A DNA stretch of 64,000 bases from Escherichia coli (GCF_003790525.1 NZ_CP033635.1); one strand, 5' to 3'. Shown: positions 1 to 14,543, counted from the first letter of the stretch. Notes: a model not told the origin generated them from the letters alone. Translations and numbers: made by a program.

Positions 1-335
1 CTGTATATAGCGCCGCACAAGGGTTATTAGCCGCGCTGGCAGGGGCAAAATATGTTGCTCCGTATGTTAACCGCGTCGACGCCCAGGGCGGTGACGGCAT
101 TCGTACGGTTCAGGAGCTGCAAGCGCTGTTGGAAATGCACGCGCCAGAAAGCATGGTGCTGGCAGCCAGCTTTAAAACGCCGCGTCAGGCGCTGGACTGT
201 TTACTGGCAGGATGTGAATCCATCACCCTGCCCTTAGATGTAGCGCAACAAATGCTCAACACCCCTGCGGTAGAGTCAGCTATAGAGAAGTTCGAACACG
301 ACTGGAATGCCGCATTTGGCACTACTCATCTCTAA
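1..335 (+). CDS. fsaB: Fructose-6-phosphate aldolase 2, C-terminal part (5' end outside window; first full codon at 3)
   Basis: Frame-3 translation open from the window start and ending ...[16 protein letters not shown]; position upstream of gldA as in K-12. Confidence 0.8.
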
Positions 336-345
336 AGGAGCAATT

Positions 346-1449
346 ATGGACCGCATTATTCAATCACCGGGTAAATACATCCAGGGCGCTGATGTGATTA
401 ATCGTCTGGGCGAATACCTGAAGCCACTGGCGGAACGCTGGTTAGTGGTGGGTGACAAATTTGTTTTAGGTTTTGCTCAATCCACTGTCGAGAAAAGCTT
501 TAAAGATGCTGGACTGGTAGTAGAAATTGCGCCGTTTGGCGGTGAATGTTCGCAAAATGAGATCGACCGTCTGCGTGGCATCGCGGAGACTGCGCAGTGT
601 GGCGCAATTCTCGGTATCGGTGGCGGAAAAACCCTCGATACTGCCAAAGCACTGGCACATTTCATGGGTGTTCCGGTAGCGATCGCACCGACTATCGCCT
701 CTACCGACGCACCGTGCAGTGCGTTGTCTGTTATCTACACCGATGAGGGTGAGTTTGACCGCTATCTGATGTTGCCAAATAACCCGAATATGGTCATTGT
801 CGACACCAAAATCGTCGCTGGCGCACCTGCACGTCTGTTAGCGGCGGGTATCGGCGATGCGCTGGCAACCTGGTTTGAAGCACGCGCCTGTTCCCGTAGC
901 GGCGCTACCACCATGGCGGGCGGCAAGTGCACTCAGGCGGCGCTGGCACTGGCAGAACTGTGCTACAACACTCTGCTGGAAGAAGGCGAAAAAGCGATGC
1001 TTGCCGCCGAACAGCATGTAGTGACTCCGGCGCTGGAACGCGTGATTGAAGCGAACACCTATTTGAGCGGTGTTGGTTTTGAAAGCGGCGGGCTGGCGGC
1101 GGCACACGCGGTACATAACGGCCTGACCGCTATCCCGGACGCGCATCACTATTATCATGGTGAAAAAGTGGCATTTGGTACGCTGACGCAGCTGGTACTG
1201 GAAAATGCGCCGGTGGAGGAAATCGAAACCGTAGCTGCCCTTAGCCATGCGGTAGGTTTGCCAATAACGCTCGCTCAACTGGATATTAAAGAAGATGTCC
1301 CGGCGAAAATGCGAATTGTGGCAGAAGCGGCATGTGCAGAAGGTGAAACCATCCACAACATGCCTGGCGGCGCAACGCCAGATCAGGTTTACGCCGCACT
1401 GCTGGTAGCTGACCAGTATGGACAACGTTTCCTGCAAGAGTGGGAATAA
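346..1449 (+). CDS. gldA: Glycerol dehydrogenase
   Basis: Translation [32 protein letters not shown]... matches GldA; start trimmed from the ORF-track 307 to the ATG at 346. Confidence 0.95.
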   Translation: MDRIIQSPGKYIQGADVINRLGEYLKPLAERWLVVGDKFVLGFAQSTVEKSFKDAGLVVEIAPFGGECSQNEIDRLRGIAETAQCGAILGIGGGKTLDTAKALAHFMGVPVAIAPTIASTDAPCSALSVIYTDEGEFDRYLMLPNNPNMVIVDTKIVAGAPARLLAAGIGDALATWFEARACSRSGATTMAGGKCTQAALALAELCYNTLLEEGEKAMLAAEQHVVTPALERVIEANTYLSGVGFESGGLAAAHAVHNGLTAIPDAHHYYHGEKVAFGTLTQLVLENAPVEEIETVAALSHAVGLPITLAQLDIKEDVPAKMRIVAEAACAEGETIHNMPGGATPDQVYAALLVADQYGQRFLQEWE

Positions 1450-1457
1450 CCTACTCC

Positions 1458-1595
1458 AAACTCCCGGCTTGTCCGGGAGTTTGAACGCAAAATTGCCTGA
1501 TGCGCTACGCTTATCAGGCCTACGCAATCTCTGCAATATATTGAATTTGCGTGCTTTTGTAGGCCGGATAAGGCGTTCACGCCGCATCCGGCACT
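1458..1595. repeat. gldA terminator hairpin followed by REP/BIME palindromic units
   Basis: Hairpin aaactcccggcttgtccgggagttt, then REP-like palindromes gcctgatgcgctacgcttatcaggcctac and gtaggccggataaggcgttcacgccgcatccggca. Confidence 0.6.
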
Positions 1596-1723
1596 CTGTG
1601 CCAGTAATCTGAAACTCCCACGTTGTTCAGGAATTTTTTATCCGCTTCTGGACATTTTCTCTACAGAACAATCGTTAGCCCGGAAGGTCGAATCTGTGAC
1701 TCTTATTTTCACGGACGAACCAG

Positions 1724-2341
1724 ATGAAAGCTTCACTGGTGCTGGTCAGCCTGCTAACGGCAATTACCAGCCACTCCTTAAAATCTCCCGCCGTTCCACC
1801 AACCGTGGTACAGATCCAGGCCAACACCAACCTTGCCATCGCAGACGGTGCCAGACAGCAAATCGGCAGCACGCTATTTTACGATCCGGCGTATGTGCAG
1901 CTTACCTATCCTGGCGGTGATGTCCCGCAAGAACGCGGCGTATGTTCCGATGTGGTGATCCGTGCATTGCGCAGCCAGAAGGTCGATTTGCAGAAACTGG
2001 TGCACGAAGATATGGCGAAGAATTTTGCTGCGTACCCGCAAAAATGGCAGTTAAAGCGCCCGGACAGCAACATCGATCACCGTCGGGTGCCTAATCTGGA
2101 AACCTGGTTTACCCGCCACGATAAAACACGCCCCACCAGCAAGAACCCCAGTGACTATCAAGCGGGCGATATTGTCTCCTGGCGATTAGATAACGGGCTG
2201 GCACATATTGGGGTGGTGTCAGATGGCTTTGCCCGCGACGGTACGCCGCTGGTGATACATAACATTGGCGCAGGCACGCAGGAAGAAGATGTACTGTTTA
2301 GCTGGCGGATGGTGGGGCACTATCGGTATTTTGCTAAATGA
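1724..2341 (+). CDS. yijF: DUF1287-family protein YijF
   Basis: 205-aa ORF with N-terminal signal peptide; synteny between gldA and yijE. Confidence 0.8.
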   Translation: MKASLVLVSLLTAITSHSLKSPAVPPTVVQIQANTNLAIADGARQQIGSTLFYDPAYVQLTYPGGDVPQERGVCSDVVIRALRSQKVDLQKLVHEDMAKNFAAYPQKWQLKRPDSNIDHRRVPNLETWFTRHDKTRPTSKNPSDYQAGDIVSWRLDNGLAHIGVVSDGFARDGTPLVIHNIGAGTQEEDVLFSWRMVGHYRYFAK

Positions 2342-2365
2342 GCGCTCGCCCCACATGTAAAAAAT

Positions 2366-3271
2366 TCAGATCCTTTTTACGCTGACGGCTTCTTTTTTCT
2401 TACGGCTCACCAGCGCCAGTGCCAGCACAATCAGCACAATGCCGCTACCTTCAACGGCCCCCGGATTTTCACCGAGCAGCCACCAGGAAAAGAGTACGCC
2501 GCAAACGGGAACGGCCAGTGTGCTTAAGCTGGCAATACTGGCAGGCAAGTTTTTCAATACAAACAACCATAAGCTCCACGCCAGCGCTGTCGCCAGAATC
2601 GCACTGTAGGCCAGCGCCCAGAACACGGTGGGTTGCCAGTCAATTTCACGTTGCGGCACCAGTAAAGCGACCACGCTCATCACCAGCGCCGCATACAGCA
2701 TCTGCCAGGATGTTAGCGACAATAAATCCACGCGCGGATGGCGGGCATACAGACGTTTAGCAACAATCGCGCTCGCCCCCCAACTCACACCGGAGAGGAT
2801 TGCCAGCATGGCGCTTTTCATCGAAGAGAAATCGAGTTGCCACGGCTGCAACACCAAAAATAAGCCGAAAGCGGCAATCAGAATCGCGAAATATTGTCCG
2901 CGTCGCAGGCGTTCACCGAGAAACAACGCGGCGAAAATTACCACCCAGAACGGCATGGTATAGCTCAGGATTGCCACCTTCCCCGCTCCTCCGCTGACCA
3001 GCGCCCACTGCGCCAGGCCGACCATCCCGCAGGTTTGTAACAGGGCAATGGCTAAGGTGTATTTAAACGGCGTCGGGCGCATGCCGCGACCGCGTAATAA
3101 AAGGACGATGAATAAAACGAGAGCGCCGAAAATGCAGCGTAAGGCGGTAAAGTCGAAGGCACCGATGTAGCTGGTGACTTGCTTCATGAAAATCCAGCTA
3201 TAACTCCAGATAAGTGTGAGCACAACCAGGCCACTGATTGCCAGTGGGTTGCTCTTTCCTGCGGCAGACAT
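2366..3271 (-). CDS. yijE: EamA/DMT-family inner membrane transporter YijE
   Basis: Polytopic membrane protein; start trimmed to [15 protein letters not shown]...; synteny next to katG. Confidence 0.8.
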
Positions 3272-3364
3272 GAGAGATCCAGTGTGTAGTTTTCCTGTGG
3301 ACACTATACGCCGGTAAAGAAACTTCAGCGACTGCCTGAAAGGCAGTCGCTGAAGAAGGTCAGA

Positions 3365-5660
<2,296 letters not shown>

Positions 5661-5873
5661 ATGTAGATCAAATTGATCGTAATTAAGCTTTTTTGATTAT
5701 GTCCGAATTCGGACAAATGCTTTATAAAAAAGGATTTTAGCTTCATATCCTTCAAGTAATGAGGGAGAAAACAAGGCTGACAACCTTATTTTCCCGCCCT
5801 CATTTCGAGGCAGCATTTTGTGCTCTGTTTAAAATTTGTGATCACTGTGTGATTTTCACAAAAGCCACACTAT

Positions 5874-6767
<894 letters not shown>

Positions 6768-6804
6768 TTACCTCATCAATCGCTTGTAGTTATATGTTGT
6801 GTTG

Positions 6805-6840
6805 TGAACATCTATCCATTTAGACGTCCAGATGTAAAGA
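6805..6840 (-). promoter_or_regulatory. metF operator region with MetJ met-box-like repeats
   Basis: tagacgtccagatgt contains adjacent 8-mers resembling the AGACGTCT met box, upstream of metF. Confidence 0.45.
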
Positions 6841-7145
6841 TGAAGGAAAAGCCGAGGGGCGTCAACCGAAAAATGACCAATGATGGTGAGGAAAAATCAG
6901 GGAAGTTGAAAAAAACTCATCTTAATTAGAGGCGATAAAAGATTTCTCTATAGCGCAATCCACCTCGCACGTTTTGACTGATATTCTGACAACACAGCGA
7001 CACCTGGGCTTATTCGAAAAACAACGTCCTGCCACCGGATGGTGATGCTAAGGCATCTGATTCGGCCTGCGCCCTCGCGTAGGCCGAATACTGGATCTGC
7101 AAAATCAACTGGTAACAAACAGATGAATCAACTCAATACGTACTT

Positions 7146-8705
7146 TTACTTGATATCTTTCACGCGCATACCGTTGATCTGTTCATCCGTGATGGTGTTA
7201 CCCGCTTTGAAGTAATCAACCACGGCGTGATAAACGTAATAACCGCCCGTTGTGTTACGCGCTTTCCCTTCGGTAAAGGCGGTAAAACCATCTCCACCAT
7301 CAGCAAGGAAACTCTGAGTAGCAATGTGGTAAATCGTCGCATCTTCAATGGGTTTGCCATTCAGAGTCAGCGTGATTACCCGCTGACCAACCGGCTTACT
7401 GCTGTCGTACTTCATTTCCAGGCCTTTCGATACCTGTAAAACGCCATTACTCAAACTTGCGCCGTGTTCCATCAAACTGCGTAATTGTTTACCCGTGAGA
7501 TCCATCGTCACCAGTTCGTTGGGGAACGGGAAGGTACTGATGACGCCACCCATCGTAATTGCACCCGCCGGGATCTCATTGCGAATCCCGCCAGAGTTGG
7601 TTAACGCCAACTGGGTATTTTTACCCGCCGCTGCCAGCAAAGCGTCTGCCGCCAGGTTCCCGAGAGAAGCTGATTCACCATAGGCACGTTTTAGTTCAAC
7701 CGGCGATTGCGCCACCGTTTGTTGCACGACTTCATCCAGCTTTTTGTTCCAACTATCAATCACCTGTTTCGTTTGCGGATCGGGCTTCCACTCATCGGCG
7801 TAAAGGGTTTTAAGCTCGAAGTTTTTCACCGTAAAAGTGTGCGGCTTCTCTTTGTAGTCGAGAACCAGTTTACCGACATCAATCCCGCCGCTGTCAGTGG
7901 AGAGGATTAACGTATTGCCGACTTTAATCGGTTCCGGCGTACCCACATGTGCATGCCCGGTGATCAAAATATCCAACCCTTTCACCTGACTTGCCGTCTG
8001 AATATCTTTATCCAGTGCGCGACGCACATCCGTGCCTCCCATACTGGACTGGCGGGCCGGAACACCTTCGTGGATCAGGGCGACGGTTAGATCAACCTTG
8101 CCTTTGAGTTCATCGATATAACGTTGTAGCCATTTAATTTCATCACGCGCCTCAATACCCACTCGCGTTGCCGCAGATACCGTATCATTAAAGGCAAATA
8201 CACCGTGCAAACCAATCACGCCAATTTTCACGCCGTCTTTTTCAATGATGGTATAGGGCTTATCCCAGAATGATTTACTGCTGTTCTGATAAAAAACATT
8301 ACCCTGCACAATCGGGAATTTTGCCTGACTCAACTGTAATAACGTATTGTCCCAGCCGTGATCAAATTCATGATTACCTATAGTGACCGCATCGAATGGC
8401 ATGGTATTCATAATATCGATAATCGCCTTGCCTTTAGTCAGGCTGCTGATATACGGTCCGGTAAAATAGTCACCCGCATCAAAAAACCAGGTCGCTTTGT
8501 TTTTAGCTTTTTCTTGTTTAACAAGCGTAGTGATATTTGCCCAGCCGCCAATATCCCGTTTACCGTCAGCAATCCACGGCACTTTATAAGGCTCTACATG
8601 TGCATGGAGGTCGTTGGTATAAATGATGGTGACATCTTTGGCGCAAGCCCAAAACGGCAGTGTTAATGCGATACCCGCAGCAAGCATTTTAATTTTCATA
8701 AACAA
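7146..8705 (-). CDS. Secreted bifunctional metallophosphatase/5'-nucleotidase (UshA/YfkN family) paralog A
   Basis: Signal peptide then [33 protein letters not shown] metallophosphatase motifs and a C-terminal 5'-nucleotidase substrate-binding region. Confidence 0.85.
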   Translation of the reverse strand: MFMKIKMLAAGIALTLPFWACAKDVTIIYTNDLHAHVEPYKVPWIADGKRDIGGWANITTLVKQEKAKNKATWFFDAGDYFTGPYISSLTKGKAIIDIMNTMPFDAVTIGNHEFDHGWDNTLLQLSQAKFPIVQGNVFYQNSSKSFWDKPYTIIEKDGVKIGVIGLHGVFAFNDTVSAATRVGIEARDEIKWLQRYIDELKGKVDLTVALIHEGVPARQSSMGGTDVRRALDKDIQTASQVKGLDILITGHAHVGTPEPIKVGNTLILSTDSGGIDVGKLVLDYKEKPHTFTVKNFELKTLYADEWKPDPQTKQVIDSWNKKLDEVVQQTVAQSPVELKRAYGESASLGNLAADALLAAAGKNTQLALTNSGGIRNEIPAGAITMGGVISTFPFPNELVTMDLTGKQLRSLMEHGASLSNGVLQVSKGLEMKYDSSKPVGQRVITLTLNGKPIEDATIYHIATQSFLADGGDGFTAFTEGKARNTTGGYYVYHAVVDYFKAGNTITDEQINGMRVKDIK

Positions 8706-8831
8706 TCCCTTCCAGTGAGATAAAGGATTGCTACATTACGTTCTGAAAGGCTTTTTTATGTGAGAATACTCACATCCAGAGGCGATAACTGTAGGACAAA
8801 ATCAACGACCTTATGAAATCGTTGGTGATAT

Positions 8832-9959
8832 ATGTCAAATCTGTTTGCGATTAATGTCTGTAAAACGTTCGGTTGTCGAAATTTGGGATTGGCCTCATCG
8901 GAAGATTACAGTTGGCCAGACTATAAACTGGGTTTTCCGGCACTGCACTGCCAGGCATGCGGAAGTTACCCCCCTTTGTTTGATGAACAACAATTTCGTG
9001 ACTGGTTGTCAGTTCACATGACTGCGTGTGCCATAGAAACAGGGCATTTTTGTCCATCATGCTATTGTAAAGAAAAGATTTTTTATGGCCACAACCCGCA
9101 GGGAACACAACGCGTTCAATGCCGTTCATGCAAAAAAGTCTGGACTCCGAAACAGCAGCCAGCAAGAGAAATTACGTATCCCCAGTCCATTGAAACCGTT
9201 CAACTGTTCATGCCCTTTCAAGGAGCCAGCGCAGTACAAAAGCTCTATGTTTTAGTCAGTCTTGACGCCACTCGTGGCAACATCCTTCATCTCTCCACGA
9301 ATTATACGCAACATCAGACAGGAGACAGTCTGCGGTACAGTTACAGAGGCAATACAGAACCAACTGAGCACCATAGCGATATTGTGCAGAGGGTAGATAT
9401 GCGTGAAGCGCAATTCTTGCGCCGGAGCCAGTTCGATGAAATTCAGTATGGCAGTGCTGTGCTCAAGCGCAACGGCAAGGGAGCCATACTACGCCCGGTT
9501 ATCACGGCACACGGGCATTTCAGAATACTGAAAATCCGCTTTCCACATGTCAAAACGCATATCATTTCACACGAATGTTTTCTGAGAGGCGCAATTATTA
9601 CAGCCTGGGCAGATCAGTTCCGCCAACAACAAGGCGAACTTTGGTTCGTAGAAGAAGAAATCAGCGACCGTAACGCTGATATTCCCTGGCATTTTCAGGG
9701 AACGACATACCATGGTTGGTGGCAAAATCAGTGGCAACGCTGGGGGCAGGGGAATAACAGCAAGATGGTCTGCCTGCTCACAGGAGTCTCCTTAGAAAGG
9801 GGCGCAAATGTTTCTCTGGCAACCAGTCGTTGCTTTATCACATGGCTGACAGACCAACACGACTTTACCCAAAGCGCGTTATTATCCGCAGGTCGCGTAA
9901 CGAAAATGCTGACCTCACTGGCGTTAAAATACAATGAATCGCTCACTCCATCTTGTTAG
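8832..9959 (+). CDS. Hypothetical Cys-rich protein with putative N-terminal zinc-ribbon
   Basis: 375-aa ORF; N-terminus has paired CxxC motifs (CQAC, CPSC, CRSC); no family confidently recognised. Confidence 0.55.
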   Translation: MSNLFAINVCKTFGCRNLGLASSEDYSWPDYKLGFPALHCQACGSYPPLFDEQQFRDWLSVHMTACAIETGHFCPSCYCKEKIFYGHNPQGTQRVQCRSCKKVWTPKQQPAREITYPQSIETVQLFMPFQGASAVQKLYVLVSLDATRGNILHLSTNYTQHQTGDSLRYSYRGNTEPTEHHSDIVQRVDMREAQFLRRSQFDEIQYGSAVLKRNGKGAILRPVITAHGHFRILKIRFPHVKTHIISHECFLRGAIITAWADQFRQQQGELWFVEEEISDRNADIPWHFQGTTYHGWWQNQWQRWGQGNNSKMVCLLTGVSLERGANVSLATSRCFITWLTDQHDFTQSALLSAGRVTKMLTSLALKYNESLTPSC

Positions 9960-10188
9960 TCAATACACTCGACAAACGACCATAAATTAATGGGATCACT
10001 ATTTCTCATTTAATTAAATATATGAATATATGACTGAAAAATATAATCACAGTCAATGTTTAATTAATAACATTATTTGTTACCAAGATCACATAATACT
10101 TTCCTGACCTATGCTTACATAAAAATAAGACACGGTGTTCCTTTTATTTAAATAATTCAACCAATGTAACAACCCCTATCAAGGAGGG

Positions 10189-11741
10189 ATGATGAGAACT
10201 GTATTTACGACTTTATCAGTCATATTCAGCGTGATGTTTTCTCACAGTATACTAGCTCAGGACGTTACTATTTATTATACGAATGATATTCACGCACATG
10301 TCAATCCGGCAAAAATTCCCGCTGTTGATAAGAACAGACTTGTAGGTGGTATGGCTAATATTGCAGGCATCGTTAATGAAGCGAAGAAAAAAAACAAAGA
10401 TGTCTTTTTCTTTGATGCAGGCGACTATTTTACCGGTCCGTATATCAGTACCCTGACCAAAGGTGAAGCTATTATTGATATCATGAACACCATGCCCTTT
10501 GATGCGGTGTCCGTTGGTAATCACGAGTTCGATCACGGCGTGCCCAATATGGTATCTCAGTTATCAAAAGCAAAATTCCCCATTCTGCTGGGAAATATTT
10601 ACTACACCGATACAAATAAACCAGTTTGGGATCATCCGTGGACCATTATCGAAAAAGATGGTTTAAAGATTGGTGTGATTGGATTGCATGGTGCATTCGC
10701 TTTCTATGATACAGTCGCGGCAAAAGCACGTGAAGGCGTAGAAGCCAGAGACGAAATTAAATATTTAAATAAAGCACTTGCAGAATTAAAAGGTAAAGTC
10801 GACATTACCGTTTTGCTAATTCACGAAGGTGTTCCGGCGCGTCAATCAAGCTTTGGTAGTAAAGATGTGGAGCGGCTACTACAGGCAGATATTGAGACAG
10901 CTAAAAAAGTGAATGGTGTTGATGTCTTAATTACCGGTCACGCACATGTCGGAACACCGCAACCAATAAAAGTTAATAACACATTAATTGTATCTACCGA
11001 TGCATACGGCACCGACATCGGAAAACTTGTGCTTGATTACAATCCGAAAACAAAGAAAATTGATAGTTATAATGGTGAGTTAATCACCATCTTTGCAGAT
11101 CAATTTAAACCTGACACCATCGTTAAAATACTATCGATAAATGGAGCGTAAAGCTTAACAAAATAACACAGGAAGTTGTCGGCCATTCTCCCGTAGTTTT
11201 AACACGTGAGTATGGCAGTTCTTCTTCTACCGGTAATCTTATTCTGGATGCAATGATGGAAAAAACACCTGATGCCATTGCCGGATTTCAAAATAGCGGT
11301 GGGATGCGAGCTGATTTTCCTAAAGGTGATATCACACTGGGAGATGTTATTAGCACATTCCCCTTTAATAATGACCTCATCGAGATGGATTTGACGGGCC
11401 GCGATCTCAAATCGTTGATGACGCATGCAACCAATCTAACTAACGGTGTGTTACAGGTTTCAAAAAGCGTTGCGGTTGTCTATGACAGCAAAAAACCACT
11501 CAACCAACGGTTAATCTCTTTCACCATTAACGGCAAACCCGTGGAAGATAATCAAACATATCGTATTGCCACGCACTCCTTTTGTGCCAGTGGTGGTGAC
11601 GGTTTTGAAGCATTTTTGAATGGAAAAAATGTGAAGACGATACCGGGAACAACCTCGGCGGAATCTATCATCGATTATTTCAAAAATCATAAACCTGTCA
11701 CCCCAGACTTAACTAAACGAGTCATGGACGTCGCCAAATAA
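10189..11741 (+). pseudogene. 5'-nucleotidase paralog B, split by a frameshift
   Basis: Metallophosphatase domain ORF 10189..11151 and 5'-nucleotidase C-domain ORF 11253..11741; the C-domain frame stays open back to ~11127 and aligns with paralog A (IDKWSVKL vs IDSWNKKL), so a 1-nt indel near the A-tract at 11121-11130 is implied. Confidence 0.65.
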
Positions 11742-11775
11742 AATATCATTTATCAGTCTATATATTTAACAAGGA

Positions 11776-13401
11776 ATGCGAATGAAAACAGTGCAGCGTA
11801 CTTTACTTGCCGCAACATTGCTGACTATTTTTTCGGTCTCAGTCATGGCGCAGGATGTCACGATTATTTATACAAATGATCTTCACGCTCATGTGGATTC
11901 TTATAAAGTGCCGTATATCGCAGACGGAAAACGCGACATTGGCGGCTTTGCCAATATATCTACTTTAGTAAAACAGGAGAAAGCGAAAAATAAAGCCACC
12001 TTTTATTTTGATGCTGGAGACTATTTCACCGGCCCTTATATCAGCAGTCTGACAAAGGGCGAAGCAATAATTGACATTATGAATACCATGCCTTTTGACG
12101 CAGTATCAATCGGTAATCATGAGTTTGACCATGGCTGGGATAATGCCCTGCGACAATTAAGCAAAGCGAATTTTCCTGTTTTATTGGGCAATGTTTATCA
12201 TAAAGAGAGTGAGAACCCCTTCTGGAACAAGCCCTACACCATCCTGGAAAAAGATGGCATCAAGATTGGTATTATTGGGCTACACGGCGTATTTGCATTT
12301 AATGATACGGTCTCGGAGCTCTCTCTCCAGGGACTCGATAATGACAATAATAACCGCTTTGATAAATCTTCCGAGACCCTTAAGAATCAGGGGATTGAAG
12401 CACGTGATGAAGTGAAGTATTTGCAGCATTATATCGACGAGTTACGTGATAAGGTTGACCTCACTGTGGCGCTGGTTCATGAAGGCGTTCCGGCGCGTCA
12501 GTCCAGCATTGGCAATACAGATGTTAGACGCGCTCTTGATAAAGATATTCAAACCGCTAGCAAGGTGAAAGGATTGGATATTCTGATTACCGGGCATGCC
12601 CACGTCGGAACGCCAGAACCAATCAAAGTCGGCAACACCTTAATCCTTTCAACTGATAGTGGAGGTATCGATATTGGTAAATTAGTCCTTGATGTCAACC
12701 CTACAGCTCGTACCCATAAAATGAAGAGCTTTGAGCTGAAAACAGTTTATGCCGATGAATGGATACCCGATCCAACGACACAAAAAGTTATCAATGGCTG
12801 GAATAAAAAACTGGCGGATATTGTACGCCAACCAGTGGGTGAATCATCGATTGCATTAACTCGCGCCTATGGTGAGTCATCGCAACTAGGCAACCTGTTT
12901 ACCGATGCAATGCTTGTCGCTGCTCCGACTGCACAGATTGCATTGATAAACTCCGGCAGCTTACGTGCGGATATAAATGCAGGCACGATTACCTTTGGCG
13001 ACATTACCAGTACATTCCCCTTCAAGAATGAACTTACTGAAATGGATCTCAGCGGTAAGGATCTGCGTAACCTACTGGAACACGGGGCATCGCTTACCAA
13101 TGGCATCCTGCAAATGTCAAAAGGCGCAGAAATGCGCTATACCCCGCAGAAACCAGTAGGTCAGCGCATAGTATCTTTTAAAATTAATGGTGAAGAGATC
13201 GTTGATACGAATATTTACCATGTTGCAACAACGACTTTCCTTGCACTGGGGGGCGATGGTTTTCTGGCATTCAAAGAAGGGAAAAATGTTCAGGTCCGCG
13301 CCGGAAATAACATGTCCGATGTCGTGATCGATTATTTGAAGAAAGGCCACAAGATTACGCCTGCACAGGTAAATGAAATGCGGGTGGACGTTAGCAAATA
13401 A
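11776..13401 (+). CDS. Secreted bifunctional metallophosphatase/5'-nucleotidase (UshA/YfkN family) paralog C
   Basis: Signal peptide, same motif set as paralog A, with an extra D/N-rich insertion (DNDNNNRFDKSSETLKNQG). Confidence 0.85.
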   Translation: MRMKTVQRTLLAATLLTIFSVSVMAQDVTIIYTNDLHAHVDSYKVPYIADGKRDIGGFANISTLVKQEKAKNKATFYFDAGDYFTGPYISSLTKGEAIIDIMNTMPFDAVSIGNHEFDHGWDNALRQLSKANFPVLLGNVYHKESENPFWNKPYTILEKDGIKIGIIGLHGVFAFNDTVSELSLQGLDNDNNNRFDKSSETLKNQGIEARDEVKYLQHYIDELRDKVDLTVALVHEGVPARQSSIGNTDVRRALDKDIQTASKVKGLDILITGHAHVGTPEPIKVGNTLILSTDSGGIDIGKLVLDVNPTARTHKMKSFELKTVYADEWIPDPTTQKVINGWNKKLADIVRQPVGESSIALTRAYGESSQLGNLFTDAMLVAAPTAQIALINSGSLRADINAGTITFGDITSTFPFKNELTEMDLSGKDLRNLLEHGASLTNGILQMSKGAEMRYTPQKPVGQRIVSFKINGEEIVDTNIYHVATTTFLALGGDGFLAFKEGKNVQVRAGNNMSDVVIDYLKKGHKITPAQVNEMRVDVSK

Positions 13402-13409
13402 TAAAAAAA

Positions 13410-13442
13410 TTATAATGCCATTCATTCACTGAATGGCATTAT
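13410..13442 (+). terminator. Hairpin terminator after nucleotidase paralog C
   Basis: Inverted repeat aatgccattca ... tgaatggcatt followed by a T-rich run. Confidence 0.5.
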
Positions 13443-13478
13443 TTTCTCTAAATCAACAATAGATAATGAGATATATTT

Positions 13479-14339
13479 ATGTGTATAAAAAAGCACGGGA
13501 TAGCTTTATCGATTCTATTAATACCTTGCATTGGAAACGCTCAGGAAATTAAAAGTGAGGAAGGCTGGTTACATCAAAGCTTGAATGTCATTGGTCGCAC
13601 AGACTCTCGCTTTGGCCCAAGGCTGACTAACGACCTCTACCCTGAATATACTGTAGCAGGAAGAAAAGACTGGTTTGATTTTTATGGTTATGTTGATCTA
13701 CCAAAATTCTTTGGCGTCGGCAGTCACTATGATGTTGGGATCTGGGATGAGGGCTCACCACTATTTACGGAAATAGAACCTCGGTTTTCCATTGACAAAT
13801 TGACCGGATTAAATCTTGCGTTCGGCCCTTTTAAAGAATGGTTCATTGCAAACAACTATGTCTATGATATGGGTGACAACCAGTCATCCCGGCAAAGTAC
13901 ATGGTATATGGGGCTTGGTACAGATATCGACACGGGTCTACCAATTAAGCTTTCTGCCAATATATACGCCAAGTATCAGTGGCAAAACTATGGTGCCGCT
14001 AATGAAAATGAATGGGACGGATATCGATTCAAAATAAAATATAGCATTCCTCTTACCCATTTATTCGGAGGGCGATTGGTATACAATAGTTTTACTAACT
14101 TTGATTTTGGCTCCGATCTTGCGGACAAATCACACAATAATAAACGAACCAGTAATGCTATTGCTTCAAGCCATATCCTTTCCCTGCTATATGAACACTG
14201 GAAATTTGCATTTACACTACGTTATTTTCACAACGGTGGACAATGGAATGCTGGGGAGAAAGTTAACTTCGGAGATGGTCCATTTGAATTAAAAAACACA
14301 GGATGGGGAACCTATACTACTATTGGTTATCAATTTTAA
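13479..14339 (+). CDS. Tsx-family nucleoside-specific outer-membrane channel paralog
   Basis: Signal peptide; [64 protein letters not shown] blocks match E. coli Tsx as I recall it; C-terminal aromatic residue. Confidence 0.85.
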   Translation: MCIKKHGIALSILLIPCIGNAQEIKSEEGWLHQSLNVIGRTDSRFGPRLTNDLYPEYTVAGRKDWFDFYGYVDLPKFFGVGSHYDVGIWDEGSPLFTEIEPRFSIDKLTGLNLAFGPFKEWFIANNYVYDMGDNQSSRQSTWYMGLGTDIDTGLPIKLSANIYAKYQWQNYGAANENEWDGYRFKIKYSIPLTHLFGGRLVYNSFTNFDFGSDLADKSHNNKRTSNAIASSHILSLLYEHWKFAFTLRYFHNGGQWNAGEKVNFGDGPFELKNTGWGTYTTIGYQF

Positions 14340-14519
14340 ATCAGGTGATGTTTTAGATATTTTTACTTAATGCCATTTTGTAATTGTCATAAATAACTTC
14401 ACCATTCACACTGTGAATTCATCGCTCAACACAAAAGCCCCCTTATTACCGGGGCACTGACCAAAGGCAAAATGACAATCAATCACCACCTCCGCAGGAG
14501 GTGGTTTAGAGGTGACAAC

Positions 14520-14543
14520 AAAAGCTGGCAACTGCCAGCTTTT
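14520..14543. terminator. Bidirectional hairpin at the metL 3' end
   Basis: aaaagctggcaactgccagctttt palindrome directly downstream of the metL stop. Confidence 0.55.

Noticed and set aside
838-1587. 249-aa antisense ORF inside gldA
   Set aside because: Entirely overlaps a well-supported conserved gene on the other strand; high-GC antisense frames commonly stay open by chance
1418-1612. 64-aa ORF overlapping the REP/BIME elements after gldA, with a near-twin ORF at 39385..39582 (shared ...RLSGL..CNILNL..FVGRIRRSRRIRH)
   Set aside because: The shared peptide is a translation of the REP palindromic repeat consensus present at both loci; these are repeat-derived ORFs, not genes
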